Below, piece after piece: positions 37,301 to 45,902 of a DNA stretch of 64,000 nt. Numbering within the stretch: position 1 is the stretch's first letter; each line of letters opens with the position of its first letter. The notes below the pieces were generated by a model. The model did no database searches and was not told the origin of the DNA. It saw only the letters and a program-made list of their open reading frames with translations. Made by a program: the position numbers and the translations under genes. Origin of the DNA: Eubacteriales bacterium (GTDB taxonomy: Bacteria; Bacillota; Clostridia; Oscillospirales; CAG-272); the NCBI GenBank assembly GCA_045659245.1, contig JAZOWN010000066.1, forward strand, positions 2,213 through 66,212. The letters are read 5' to 3'.

Positions 37301-37329
37301 ATTGTAACATATTTTCATTTCGAAGTCAA
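37301..37329 (-). promoter_or_regulatory. recombinase promoter
   Basis: Minus strand TTGACT (37329-37324), 17-nt spacer, TACAAT (37306-37301). The palindrome ACAATATTGT at 37349-37358 lies just upstream. Confidence 0.6.
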
Positions 37330-37358
37330 TATGACAGAAAGAAAATTTACAATATTGT

Positions 37359-37595
37359 CTATCCATCCGCCACTGCCTCCTGTCTTGCTTGAAGCAGATG
37401 ATTGTGAGAAAGAAGATTTTGGGTAAGAGTAGCCAGATCGCCGTTGCCGGATTCAAAAACCACAACCTTGTAGTCTTTGACTTTATATTGGCTGAAGATT
37501 GGTTTCAAGCTTTCGCGAAGCGCATCGTCACGTGACTCACTGCGAGTGAGCCATATAGACACATATTTCTTTTCATCATAAACGTTCATTTCCAT
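37359..37595 (-). CDS. small hypothetical protein upstream of the recombinase (possible directionality factor)
   Basis: 78 aa from the ATG after AAGGGGTG (MEMNVYDEKKYVSIWLTRSE...). No recognised domain. The functional role is suggested by position only. Confidence 0.4.
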   Translation of the reverse strand: MEMNVYDEKKYVSIWLTRSESRDDALRESLKPIFSQYKVKDYKVVVFESGNGDLATLTQNLLSHNHLLQARQEAVADG

Positions 37596-37692
37596 ATAAC
37601 TCACCCCTTTCACTGAATTATTGACAATGATATGATTTTGTATTCAGATAATACTTATAGTAAAAACATTGGTTTTCGTTTATTCAAGCATT

Positions 37693-37721
37693 ATTATATC
37701 ATATAATATATTTTTTGTCAT
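37693..37721 (-). promoter_or_regulatory. promoter candidate for the 78-aa gene / recombinase unit
   Basis: Minus strand ATGACA (37721-37716), 17-nt spacer, TATAAT (37698-37693), in a very AT-rich context. Confidence 0.35.
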
Positions 37722-37777
37722 CGGCGCAGGTATGCCGAGAATGTGCAATATAAATTTCAAATATTTTATAACGCTGA

Positions 37778-38110
37778 TCAACCGCAACGTGCGTCCTTTT
37801 TAAAAGTGCTAATAATACTTTCCATCACACTCAAATCTCTTCCTTTCATTGTGAGGCATAGTCTTTCAAGCAATTCTACTTGTTCATCAGTTAAAAACTT
37901 CATTCCAAGCCTATACCCATCCATAACGTGTATTCCGCCTCCACCACCTTGAGTCGTATAAATTGGATACGAGCATTCGAGAACTTTAATATCATACCTT
38001 ATTGTTCTCTCACTTACGCAAAATTCGTTGCTAAGACTTTTTACAGTATCATGTCTACGAATACATAATCTTTCAAGAATTTTCATTCTTCTCTCTGCTG
38101 TATCTCTCAT
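37778..38110 (-). CDS. HTH_11 (YafY N-terminal-like) transcriptional regulator without a WYL domain
   Basis: 110 aa: ILERLCIRRHDTVKSLSNEFCVSERTIRYDIKVLE...PIYTTQGGGGGIHV. Same architecture as the protein at 63175-63540. Confidence 0.6.
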   Translation of the reverse strand: MRDTAERRMKILERLCIRRHDTVKSLSNEFCVSERTIRYDIKVLECSYPIYTTQGGGGGIHVMDGYRLGMKFLTDEQVELLERLCLTMKGRDLSVMESIISTFKKDARCG

Positions 38111-38133
38111 ACACTCCTATCCTCCTTTCAACA

Positions 38134-38195
38134 AATCAAAAAAAGGACGCCGATAAAAAGATACCCAAAATTGAGTACCTATTTATCGGCGTCCT
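38134..38195 (-). terminator. strong terminator after the zinc-ribbon gene
   Basis: 14-bp perfect stem AGGACGCCGATAAA / TTTATCGGCGTCCT (38144-38195), followed on the minus strand by T7. Confidence 0.75.
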
Positions 38196-38312
38196 CTCGT
38201 GTATGTCCGGTTTAAACGTCTCGATTTGTCGTGTATGACCTGATAAGGATTTACATAGGCTCTGTTTCAACCCGACCTTACCGTCGTTACACCATTCAGT
38301 TTTTTTGCTTGA

Positions 38313-38516
38313 TTAAAAGATTGTTACCTGCTCCACAGGCGCGTAAATGTCAACTTGCGTGTGCCGTCTTCCCATTTGTTTCGATACGATAGCGCATCGG
38401 CATCTTGGACATTCGTATTTTGTAATACCCTCGTTATTCATAAATCCAATGAGCTTTTGCGAACAGTTACTACAATAAATCTCCGCAGGTTTCCAATCGT
38501 TATTTACTCGCTTCAT
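38313..38516 (-). CDS. small zinc-ribbon protein
   Basis: 67 aa with CSNC...CPRC cysteine pairs. Confidence 0.5.
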   Translation of the reverse strand: MKRVNNDWKPAEIYCSNCSQKLIGFMNNEGITKYECPRCRCAIVSKQMGRRHTQVDIYAPVEQVTIF

Positions 38517-38532
38517 ATTTCCTCCCGAAAGG

Positions 38533-39129
38533 TCAATACATCTTTATACAACTGACAAGCACACCCTGTATATCACACTCTTTCACTATTATATCTTTCA
38601 TGGTTTTATTTTCAGGGTGGAGTATTATTTTACTTCCGTCTTTGAAAAATCGTTTTAGCGTTGTTTCTCCGTCTACAAGAGCCACGATTATATCTCCATC
38701 ATTGGCGTAGTTTTGTTTCTTGACTACAATAAGATCACCTTTTCTTATTCCTATATCTATCATACTGTCACCGTATGTGCGAAGCATAAACATCTCACCC
38801 TCGCCAAACAGCTCAGTTGGGAAGGCGTATGTTTCCTCTATCTCCTCAACGCCTATATTTGGCGCTCCGCAAGCGACAGAACCTACGAGGGGTATCATAG
38901 TAGTCCCACCGTGCTTTAGATTTGACGGTATTTCTATATTGCCGAGATTGGTACGTGTAATGCGTCCTGCGTTCTCAAGGGCGTTTACATATCGGAATAC
39001 GGAGCTTAACGTCGTCATTCCCGTTTCGTGCATTATCTGACGGTAGCTTGGAGACTTTCCTTTTTCCATTTGATACGTTGTTATATAACGCTCCACTTTT
39101 TCAAGCATATCCTGGTTTAATGTTCTCAT
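38533..39129 (-). CDS. LexA-like S24 peptidase repressor
   Basis: 198 aa from the ATG after GGAGAG. Winged HTH (SPSYRQIMHETGMTTLSSVFRYVNALE), VACGAP cleavage-site region, GDSM serine and VVKK lysine. Confidence 0.8.
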   Translation of the reverse strand: MRTLNQDMLEKVERYITTYQMEKGKSPSYRQIMHETGMTTLSSVFRYVNALENAGRITRTNLGNIEIPSNLKHGGTTMIPLVGSVACGAPNIGVEEIEETYAFPTELFGEGEMFMLRTYGDSMIDIGIRKGDLIVVKKQNYANDGDIIVALVDGETTLKRFFKDGSKIILHPENKTMKDIIVKECDIQGVLVSCIKMY

Positions 39130-39147
39130 AAAATGCTCTCCTTTCAC

Positions 39148-39170
39148 AAAGAGAACTTTGCGTTCTCTTT
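39148..39170 (-). promoter_or_regulatory. operator palindrome in the lexA-like leader
   Basis: AAAGAGAAC-N5-GTTCTCTTT: perfect 9-bp inverted repeat with a GAAC/GTTC core, between the -10 and the RBS. Confidence 0.6.
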
Positions 39171-39183
39171 AAGCGGTGAGCAT

Positions 39184-39212
39184 ATTATAGCATCTTTCTA
39201 TACTAATGTCAA
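39184..39212 (-). promoter_or_regulatory. lexA-like gene promoter
   Basis: Minus strand TTGACA (39212-39207), 17-nt spacer, TATAAT (39189-39184). Confidence 0.65.
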
Positions 39213-39242
39213 AAAACACTGCACAATGAACTGTGCAGTGTT
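39209..39242 (-). terminator. terminator of the WYL regulator gene
   Basis: AACACTGCACA / TGTGCAGTGTT stem (39215-39242) followed on the minus strand by T6. Overlaps the next -35. Confidence 0.7.
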
Positions 39243-39250
39243 TTAGAATT

Positions 39251-40234
39251 TTAAATATATGCTTTTGATATCTCTTTAACAAAATCCTCGAACTGTTCTC
39301 TTACAGTATTGGGAGTTAATATTTTTACCTTTCCTCTTGTACCCGCAAGCCATGAGAAGAACGTGGGACTTATCTGAATTTCAACGTTACTTTTGAGGCT
39401 ATCGTCTGATGCCCTTTGAATCTTGATGTCCTCTCCAAACTTATCGTATATATCGTCCAGCATATCTCGTTCAAACTGAAGCTCTATATATTTCAGTTCG
39501 CCGCCAAACATAGAAAATACTTGCTTACGGTATTTTTCTACGCTGAAGTTCGACAATTCGGGACGAGGCGTAACGGGCGTTATTTCTACCCTTACGTTCT
39601 CGATCCTATCCATACGATAATTTGTGATTCCGTCATGATTATCGTGGTAACATACAAGATAATAGTTATCTCTGTTCCAAACCATAACCAAGGGATTTAC
39701 TATGTAACGAGCTCCGTCTTTGCGATACACTCTTTGCTTATTCTCATCAAGTGAAAAATACTTGAAGGATATTTGCATACCTTCTTTAATAGCTTTTTCT
39801 ATTGCATCAATATTATATATTATCTGACTGTTGCTTCGCTTGGGCATATCAAAGAATATAATATTTGATGAAATATCTTCGGCTTGATATTTTCCTACGA
39901 GTCCTGACAAGTTTTCAGCAATAACGCTCTTTTGCCCTACTGTGAGCTTTGAAGCTGCGAGTGCGTTTGCGAACATAGAAAGCTCTGCCGTGGCAAATTT
40001 GCGGTCAACAACGTAATAGCAATTCTGTATGCGTTTGTATGACAGCACCTCATAACCGTATTCATTAAGCAGGTTAATATCGTCATACAACGTATTTCGA
40101 GATACCTCGATTCCGCTTTGAGCGAGCATTTCCATTATTTCACTCGTGCTTAATACGTGTTCCTCGTCCGTATATCTGCAAAGGAGATCGTAGAGGACAA
40201 GTAATCTTATTTTTTGCTCTCTGTTAGTTGGCAT
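39251..40234 (-). CDS. HTH-WYL domain transcriptional regulator (BrxR/CapW/YafY-like architecture)
   Basis: 327 aa: N-terminal wHTH (STSEIMEMLAQSGIEVSRNTLYDDINLL), central WYL core (WNRDNYYLVCYHDNHDGITNYRMDRIENV) and a C-terminal extension. Confidence 0.75.
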   Translation of the reverse strand: MPTNREQKIRLLVLYDLLCRYTDEEHVLSTSEIMEMLAQSGIEVSRNTLYDDINLLNEYGYEVLSYKRIQNCYYVVDRKFATAELSMFANALAASKLTVGQKSVIAENLSGLVGKYQAEDISSNIIFFDMPKRSNSQIIYNIDAIEKAIKEGMQISFKYFSLDENKQRVYRKDGARYIVNPLVMVWNRDNYYLVCYHDNHDGITNYRMDRIENVRVEITPVTPRPELSNFSVEKYRKQVFSMFGGELKYIELQFERDMLDDIYDKFGEDIKIQRASDDSLKSNVEIQISPTFFSWLAGTRGKVKILTPNTVREQFEDFVKEISKAYI

Positions 40235-40328
40235 ACATACACTCCATATATTATAAAGATTTACTGTTTAAGCATTTTGTGAGTGTCGAAGTACTTATTG
40301 TCATTTTTTGTATTTTGTATATAAAATC

Positions 40329-40357
40329 ATTTTACCACACCGGTTTCTAAAAGTCAA
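40329..40357 (-). promoter_or_regulatory. WYL regulator promoter
   Basis: Minus strand TTGACT (40357-40352), 17-nt spacer, TGG-TAAAAT (40334-40329). Confidence 0.55.
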
Positions 40358-40390
40358 GTGTTAGGTTGTTGTTTTACTTTTTACTTATTG

Positions 40391-41449
40391 TTACTCTTGT
40401 TTTAAATTAGCATATATGTAATCATCCAAGCCCTTATACTTCGCATCCCAGACGTAAGTTCCAAACTTGAAGTCCATACTGTCGAGAAGTTCCATGAGAG
40501 AGAGAAAACCGTTTCGAACGTTTGGATTTGTCAGCATATCCATATCAAATGCTGTTTTTATCTCGTGCAGTCCCCTGCTCTTCAGTATCTCAAGAGTTTT
40601 CCTCAAATGAGAAAGCGTGTTGACACCCGGAACGGAAATGACTGTCAAGCCTGTAAGTACGTGAACGACGTCTGCCTTCAGCGGTCCTTCTGTAAGTACG
40701 GCAAAATCCTTAATCTCGCCGACTACGTGAACCCAGCCTTCTGCCTTACATCCGTCTTTTCGCTCCGAGCTTGATACCCATCTGTACTTTCTGTTATCCG
40801 TCTCATCACGCCTTACTTGAAGCCCCTGTATATTTCCGTCAGCATCACGAACAGGTATGAGTATTCCGCGTTTACCTGAAACAAACGTCCACACATCTTG
40901 ATCGTTTTTGTAAAATCCCGGAACACCTGCGAGATAGTGACCTTCCATAAGTAACTGTTTTGCAAGTATATTCATGCCTACTATCGGCGTGGTTTTGTAT
41001 CCAAAGCGCTGTATATCTCTGTCTGTCAACCCTCTGTTTATAAGATTTTCTCTGTGGTCGGGAGCAAGAGAAAGCTTTTGGAGCAATGCAGAATAAGTTT
41101 TGTTCCTCGTTACCACATCGGTCAATGGATATTCCGTAACTGTTTCCACAACAGCCTTATCTTTATACGGATTTGAATATCCGTTTGAAGAAATATGTGC
41201 CTTAACAATTTCTCTTGCCTTTTCGTATGACACGCCCATAATCAAGGAATACAGATCTATTACTCCACCGCTTATGCCGCATTTAGGACAGCGATATACG
41301 TTCTTAATGAGATTTATATTCAAATGCTTATCTCTCGTATTATAATCACAGCACGGACAATGCACATAATATGAGCTTCGTCCGCTTTCGGGATACGGTA
41401 TTCCAATAAGAGGAATAATATCCCACATAGTGTATTCCGGTTTATACAT
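40391..41449 (-). CDS. phage/plasmid primase-like protein (zinc-ribbon + Toprim-like)
   Basis: 352 aa with N-terminal CPCC...CPKCG zinc ribbon (VHCPCCDYNTRDKHLNINL..YRCPKCGISGGVIDLY) and a C-terminal VLTEGPLKADV Toprim-like acidic motif. Confidence 0.6.
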   Translation of the reverse strand: MYKPEYTMWDIIPLIGIPYPESGRSSYYVHCPCCDYNTRDKHLNINLIKNVYRCPKCGISGGVIDLYSLIMGVSYEKAREIVKAHISSNGYSNPYKDKAVVETVTEYPLTDVVTRNKTYSALLQKLSLAPDHRENLINRGLTDRDIQRFGYKTTPIVGMNILAKQLLMEGHYLAGVPGFYKNDQDVWTFVSGKRGILIPVRDADGNIQGLQVRRDETDNRKYRWVSSSERKDGCKAEGWVHVVGEIKDFAVLTEGPLKADVVHVLTGLTVISVPGVNTLSHLRKTLEILKSRGLHEIKTAFDMDMLTNPNVRNGFLSLMELLDSMDFKFGTYVWDAKYKGLDDYIYANLKQE

Positions 41450-41461
41450 ATTTTCCTTTCC

Positions 41462-41492
41462 GGAGAGTGACAGTACGCCACTCTCCTTTTTT
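41462..41492 (+). terminator. plus-oriented hairpin + T-run inside the minus-strand operon (possible antisense insulator)
   Basis: GGAGAGTG (41462-41469) pairs with CACTCTCC (41479-41486), followed by T6 on the plus strand only. On the minus-sense RNA the hairpin abuts the primase RBS. Confidence 0.35.
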
Positions 41493-41493
41493 A

Positions 41494-42195
41494 TTATGCC
41501 ACTACTCTATTCTCAAGAATACATGTGGCTGCTTCTTTAGCCGCAATGTTTTTAGTCTGCCCGTTTGCAAGATGATTTATTGCCGCCATATCTATCTCCA
41601 TAACCTCGCCCAACGTTTTGCCGGAATACTTTGCTAACGGATACATAAAAGCAAGCGCCTTGTTGTATTTCTCACCAGAAGTTATTTCTTTGTCGGTTTG
41701 CTCTTGCTCAGAGGCATTTATTGTATCCTCTATCGCTTTCAAGGTCTCGTTTTTCCTTTCATCATCAAACAAAGAGCCGTCAAACCCGTCCGTCGGTTCT
41801 TCATCCTCGTTACTGTCAAATACAGAATACTGCGAACCGAATCCTGCATAATTCAACGCAAATCCGATAGCCGAGGACTGCGCCCAAAAGGCTCTCTCAC
41901 TATATGCCGTAGCCTCGGATACGTAAGCATCCACTGCATCCTTATAGTTGAAATACACTCTCGCACGAGCCATAAAGTTTTCTTTTAGTGGAGTGACCTG
42001 TACCGCAATTCTTCCCTCGGGATATTTGAGTCTGAACCAAGCTATCTTTATGGGTGTGGGCAGTTTTTTCCAGCTACTCCCCGTAGTAAGATCGGTTCGT
42101 TCCTCTGCAAACACCGACGGATCAAATCCGTGTGTCTGATTGAGTCCCGCAAGTATTTTAAATTGCGCCGCTTTCGCCTTTTCAACGTCTGTCAT
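41494..42195 (-). CDS. hypothetical protein (candidate ssDNA-annealing partner of the YqaJ exonuclease; unproven)
   Basis: 233 aa in the recombination/replication operon. No motif recognised with confidence. Confidence 0.35.
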   Translation of the reverse strand: MTDVEKAKAAQFKILAGLNQTHGFDPSVFAEERTDLTTGSSWKKLPTPIKIAWFRLKYPEGRIAVQVTPLKENFMARARVYFNYKDAVDAYVSEATAYSERAFWAQSSAIGFALNYAGFGSQYSVFDSNEDEEPTDGFDGSLFDDERKNETLKAIEDTINASEQEQTDKEITSGEKYNKALAFMYPLAKYSGKTLGEVMEIDMAAINHLANGQTKNIAAKEAATCILENRVVA

Positions 42196-42659
42196 TTCTT
42201 CTCCTCCGCAGGTATCTTAATAAGGATAAGCGTATCACGGTACTGAAGCCAAACGGGGATAAATCCGTTGATTACATTGATTATCTGCTCCTTATAGGAA
42301 TTTTGAGAGGTTGCTTTAAAATGTCCGAAAACGTTCGCTATACCTTTATAAGAATCTCCCAAAGCTGATTTTGCGGTCTTACGCGCATTGTTTATTGCAT
42401 CGTCCTTACTGTCTTTTACAAGATGCTCCTTTTCAAGACCGCCCAAGTAATCAAACACCTGATTGAAGTGCTTGAGCATCGTTTCAATATTGTCGGTTAC
42501 AGGCGCGGTCATACAATAAATTCGCAGTGACTCTATAACACCTATGCGGTATCTGAGCTCCTGTACTCTTTCAAGATCCGAAAGTGGAAGCATATTTTGC
42601 TTCACAGCCTGCTCAACTATATTCTGTTTTTCTTTGTAAATATCAAGTATTTTTGCCAT
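42192..42659 (-). CDS. hypothetical helical protein
   Basis: 155 aa, translationally coupled (ATGA) to the next gene. No recognised domain. Confidence 0.4.
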   Translation of the reverse strand: MAKILDIYKEKQNIVEQAVKQNMLPLSDLERVQELRYRIGVIESLRIYCMTAPVTDNIETMLKHFNQVFDYLGGLEKEHLVKDSKDDAINNARKTAKSALGDSYKGIANVFGHFKATSQNSYKEQIINVINGFIPVWLQYRDTLILIKIPAEEKK

Positions 42660-42660
42660 A

Positions 42661-44847
42661 TTATATCCTTTCGTTTATGTCCAGCTCCTCAAGGCGTTTT
42701 GCCAAGCAGGTGCCTCGCTTTTCTGTGTCGTTTTTTTGAATTGATATACACAACGCTCTGCGTTCTCCAACAATGGTAACTTTATCTTTTCCACGGGTAA
42801 TTGCGGTGTATATCAGAGGACGGTTAAGCATAGTGTAGTGGGCGCATTGCAAATTGATAATGACAGACTTGTACTCTGATCCTTGGGATTTGTGTATAGT
42901 AGAAGCATATCCAAGGTCAAGCATATCAAGGTCTGACGAGTCATATTCCTTAATTCTTCCGTCTCCGAAATCAACAAGAACGTATGCCTCGTTTTCGACT
43001 GCCGTAATCTTCTTTACGTATCCCACGTCACCGTTGCTAACGTCCTCAAAATTTTTTATTTGCATTACCTTATCACCCTCACGAAAAATTCGCTTTCCAA
43101 GAGTCACCTCAGCTTTTCCTTTTTTGTGAGGATTTATTATATTTTGAATGTGAGTGTTAAGAGCGTTTACACCCGTCTCCGTCTTCTGTCTGAACGGTGA
43201 GAGAAGTACCACGTTATCAATGCCGTGTTTCTCCGTTTCCTTTATGTAGAGGTTGGCAATAAGCCCTGCCGATTCACTCAGATTGGGAGAGTCAATAAAA
43301 CGAAAATCCTCTCCGTACTCAAGATGGAACGTACCGTTTCGTATAAGCTTTGCATTAACTGCGATTCGCCTTCCTGCGTTTTGTCTGAAGACCTTATCAA
43401 GTCTTACAAAAGGAATGCAACACGATGACAGCATCTCACTGAGTACTGCACCCGGTCCTACCGAGGGGAGCTGTCCCGCATCTCCAACCAATACGAGCTG
43501 TGCACCGTCTTTTTCTGACTCCAGTAAGCGACACGCAAGATAAATATCAAGCATTGATACCTCGTCAACAAGTATCAGCTCAGCATCAAGCTCCGATACC
43601 TCTCCAAGATATCCGTCGTCTCCCGCAAAGAGTCCAAGCGCTTTGTGAACGGTATAGGCAACGTGTCCCGTGGATTGCTCAAGTCTGCGAGCTGCACGTC
43701 CCGTGGGAGCGCAACAGCATATAGCTTTGTCTGGATATTTTCGTTTGAATATATCAAGTATCGCTCTCTGTATAAGTGTTTTTCCCGTTCCGGGACCTCC
43801 AGTTATGATGCACAGACCGTTTGTGAGCGCTGTCTTAACGGCAGAACGCTGTTCAGGTGCCAGCTTCAATCCGAGCAGTCCTTCTTCAGCGTCAAGCTCT
43901 GCTTCAATATTCCCATCGAAGCGAACCTTAGTATTCCATAGCTTTGCGTGTATCATATTGGCAAGAGCTTCTTCCTTTTCGGCGGTTTCTGTTCTATATG
44001 CATTGCCAAGATAAGATTTCAGTTTTCCTGTATTCTGAAGCAGATAGGCTCTTTCAACCACCTTTTCCATAGTAAGCTCGGGAGTGTCTAACAGCTTTAT
44101 TGCGGAATTTATAAAATCGTGCTTTTCAAGACAGAGGTGTCCCCTGCTCTCCGCATCCCGAAGAGCATATAACAGCCCCTCGTCTATTCGTTCCGCCGCC
44201 GTCTTACTCATTCCCATGCTCTGCGCTATTTTGTCAGCCGTCTGAAATCCTATCCCCGTAAGCTCACAAAGTCTGTACGGGTGCTTTTGCGCTATCTCCA
44301 TAGCCTTGCTTCCATATTCGGTATATAGCTTTACAGCTCTGTTGGCAGAGATCCCGTGGGGCGTTAAAAACGCCACCACGTCACGCGCTCCACGGTTAGC
44401 AATATACGAATCGCATATTTTTCTAAGCTTACCCTCACTGATACCGTGTATCTCCAATAGTCTTTTCGGATCTTTATCCAACACCTCAAGCGTATCGTCA
44501 CCGAACGTATCGTAGATTCGTTGAGCAATAACGGGACCTATTCCCTTTATCTGCCCAGACGTCAGATACGACACTATGCTGTCTCGATTTGGTATAATTT
44601 TCTCCTCGTAGGACTCAACCTCAAATTGCAGACCGAACTTGGGATTTTTGCTCCATTCCCCCTTCATTTGATATTTCAGATTTTCTGATATGGGAAGGCA
44701 ATAACCCACTGCCTTTATCTGTTCTAAGAGCCGTCCTGTTTTATCCCGTATATTCTCGCAAGGCTTATATACCGCTACCATATACGAGCTTGGCAGTATC
44801 TCCTGCGGACTTGACGGATACAGTAGCTTTTCAAAGGTACAAAGCAT
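42661..44847 (-). CDS. RecD-like SF1 DNA helicase (RecD2-type)
   Basis: Walker A ITGGPGTGKT, Walker B LILVDEVSM, HhH-like N-terminal region and a C-terminal SH3-like plus YASTIHKSQGSE motif. Start placed at the ATG after AAAGGAGA (the tracked start is a TTG inside the previous gene end). Confidence 0.85.
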   Translation of the reverse strand: MLCTFEKLLYPSSPQEILPSSYMVAVYKPCENIRDKTGRLLEQIKAVGYCLPISENLKYQMKGEWSKNPKFGLQFEVESYEEKIIPNRDSIVSYLTSGQIKGIGPVIAQRIYDTFGDDTLEVLDKDPKRLLEIHGISEGKLRKICDSYIANRGARDVVAFLTPHGISANRAVKLYTEYGSKAMEIAQKHPYRLCELTGIGFQTADKIAQSMGMSKTAAERIDEGLLYALRDAESRGHLCLEKHDFINSAIKLLDTPELTMEKVVERAYLLQNTGKLKSYLGNAYRTETAEKEEALANMIHAKLWNTKVRFDGNIEAELDAEEGLLGLKLAPEQRSAVKTALTNGLCIITGGPGTGKTLIQRAILDIFKRKYPDKAICCCAPTGRAARRLEQSTGHVAYTVHKALGLFAGDDGYLGEVSELDAELILVDEVSMLDIYLACRLLESEKDGAQLVLVGDAGQLPSVGPGAVLSEMLSSCCIPFVRLDKVFRQNAGRRIAVNAKLIRNGTFHLEYGEDFRFIDSPNLSESAGLIANLYIKETEKHGIDNVVLLSPFRQKTETGVNALNTHIQNIINPHKKGKAEVTLGKRIFREGDKVMQIKNFEDVSNGDVGYVKKITAVENEAYVLVDFGDGRIKEYDSSDLDMLDLGYASTIHKSQGSEYKSVIINLQCAHYTMLNRPLIYTAITRGKDKVTIVGERRALCISIQKNDTEKRGTCLAKRLEELDINERI

Positions 44848-44864
44848 TTTTCTCCTTTCTGAAC

Positions 44865-45902
44865 TCAAACCGCCTCACGCATTATTTTAAGTTTCCTGCC
44901 CGTCGATGTCTGGACAAGCTCCTGATATATCTCGGGGTATTCCTTTTTAAGTCTTGCCGTATCGGTTCTGTTCTGTGTTTTTGTTACGTAATCAATAAGT
45001 ACTCTGCCATCGGGTGACTCAAACACACCGTGCTCGTGAGAACCCATTGCATCAATTATCCGCACTGAATGTGCTTCAATAGCCTCCTGTATTCTTTTTA
45101 TTTCTTTATTGTGCGCCTCAACTTCATCCTGAAGCGTTAAAATTCTTCTGATTGGCTTTGCGAATTTGCCTGAAAATTCTATTGTAGGAAGACTCGGATC
45201 ACTGACGGGATATATACGTGCCAAGGACTCAAGAGCAAGACCGGGATCAACGTCGTCCATATTGGGTGGCTTGTCCTTCTCCAAACTCCATATCCACTCC
45301 TCAAGCTTACTGAAAATTATCCCTTCCTTTACGCTATCTCTTTCTATGCAGGGATATGCATGATCCTTTTCGGGATTGTTGCCCCACACGGTGGAAAATG
45401 CGCCTATATTAACGTCTGCTACGGCAAGATAATATCTCAGCTGAAGCTCGTAATAAATAGGATATGCTCCCTTTGCCCACTCGTGAGCTTTATGATAACT
45501 ACAGCTTTTACACTCAAGTATGCCTTTTTCACCGTCACTCTTTCTTATATAGCGGCGGTCAAAATCTGCAAGCGCGTACGGAATGTCTGCGTGACGGTAC
45601 ATTATTTTATCGTCAATGACCTTATCGCCTGTTTTTCTTCCGTACCAATGAGCCGCTATGGGTTCAAGAAGATTACCCATTTCAAGCTGTGTCTCATTCA
45701 TTTTCTTGGCAGGACTCATCCTACCTTTCTTTATAAGCCAAAGTTCTTTTGGTGTTATCCACGGTGAAACTCCGAATATTGCCGCAATATCACTGCCGCC
45801 AACGGTATACGGAATATCTCCTCTCGGTCCGTGCATGCGGCATTCGAGCCAACGCTTTCGGGACATTCCCGTGGTATCACACAGCGGTATAGGTGCCGAC
45901 AT
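44865..45902 (-). CDS. YqaJ-like viral recombinase exonuclease (PD-(D/E)XK)
   Basis: TVGGSDIAAIFGVSPWITPKELW N-terminal signature. 345 aa. Confidence 0.75.
   Translation of the reverse strand: MSAPIPLCDTTGMSRKRWLECRMHGPRGDIPYTVGGSDIAAIFGVSPWITPKELWLIKKGRMSPAKKMNETQLEMGNLLEPIAAHWYGRKTGDKVIDDKIMYRHADIPYALADFDRRYIRKSDGEKGILECKSCSYHKAHEWAKGAYPIYYELQLRYYLAVADVNIGAFSTVWGNNPEKDHAYPCIERDSVKEGIIFSKLEEWIWSLEKDKPPNMDDVDPGLALESLARIYPVSDPSLPTIEFSGKFAKPIRRILTLQDEVEAHNKEIKRIQEAIEAHSVRIIDAMGSHEHGVFESPDGRVLIDYVTKTQNRTDTARLKKEYPEIYQELVQTSTGRKLKIMREAV

Noticed and set aside
39148-39170. Calling the palindrome a canonical host SOS (Cheo) box
   Set aside because: The spacer between GAAC and GTTC is 5 nt, not 4, and the flanks differ from CGAACnnnnGTTCG. 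I treat it as the element repressor's own operator.
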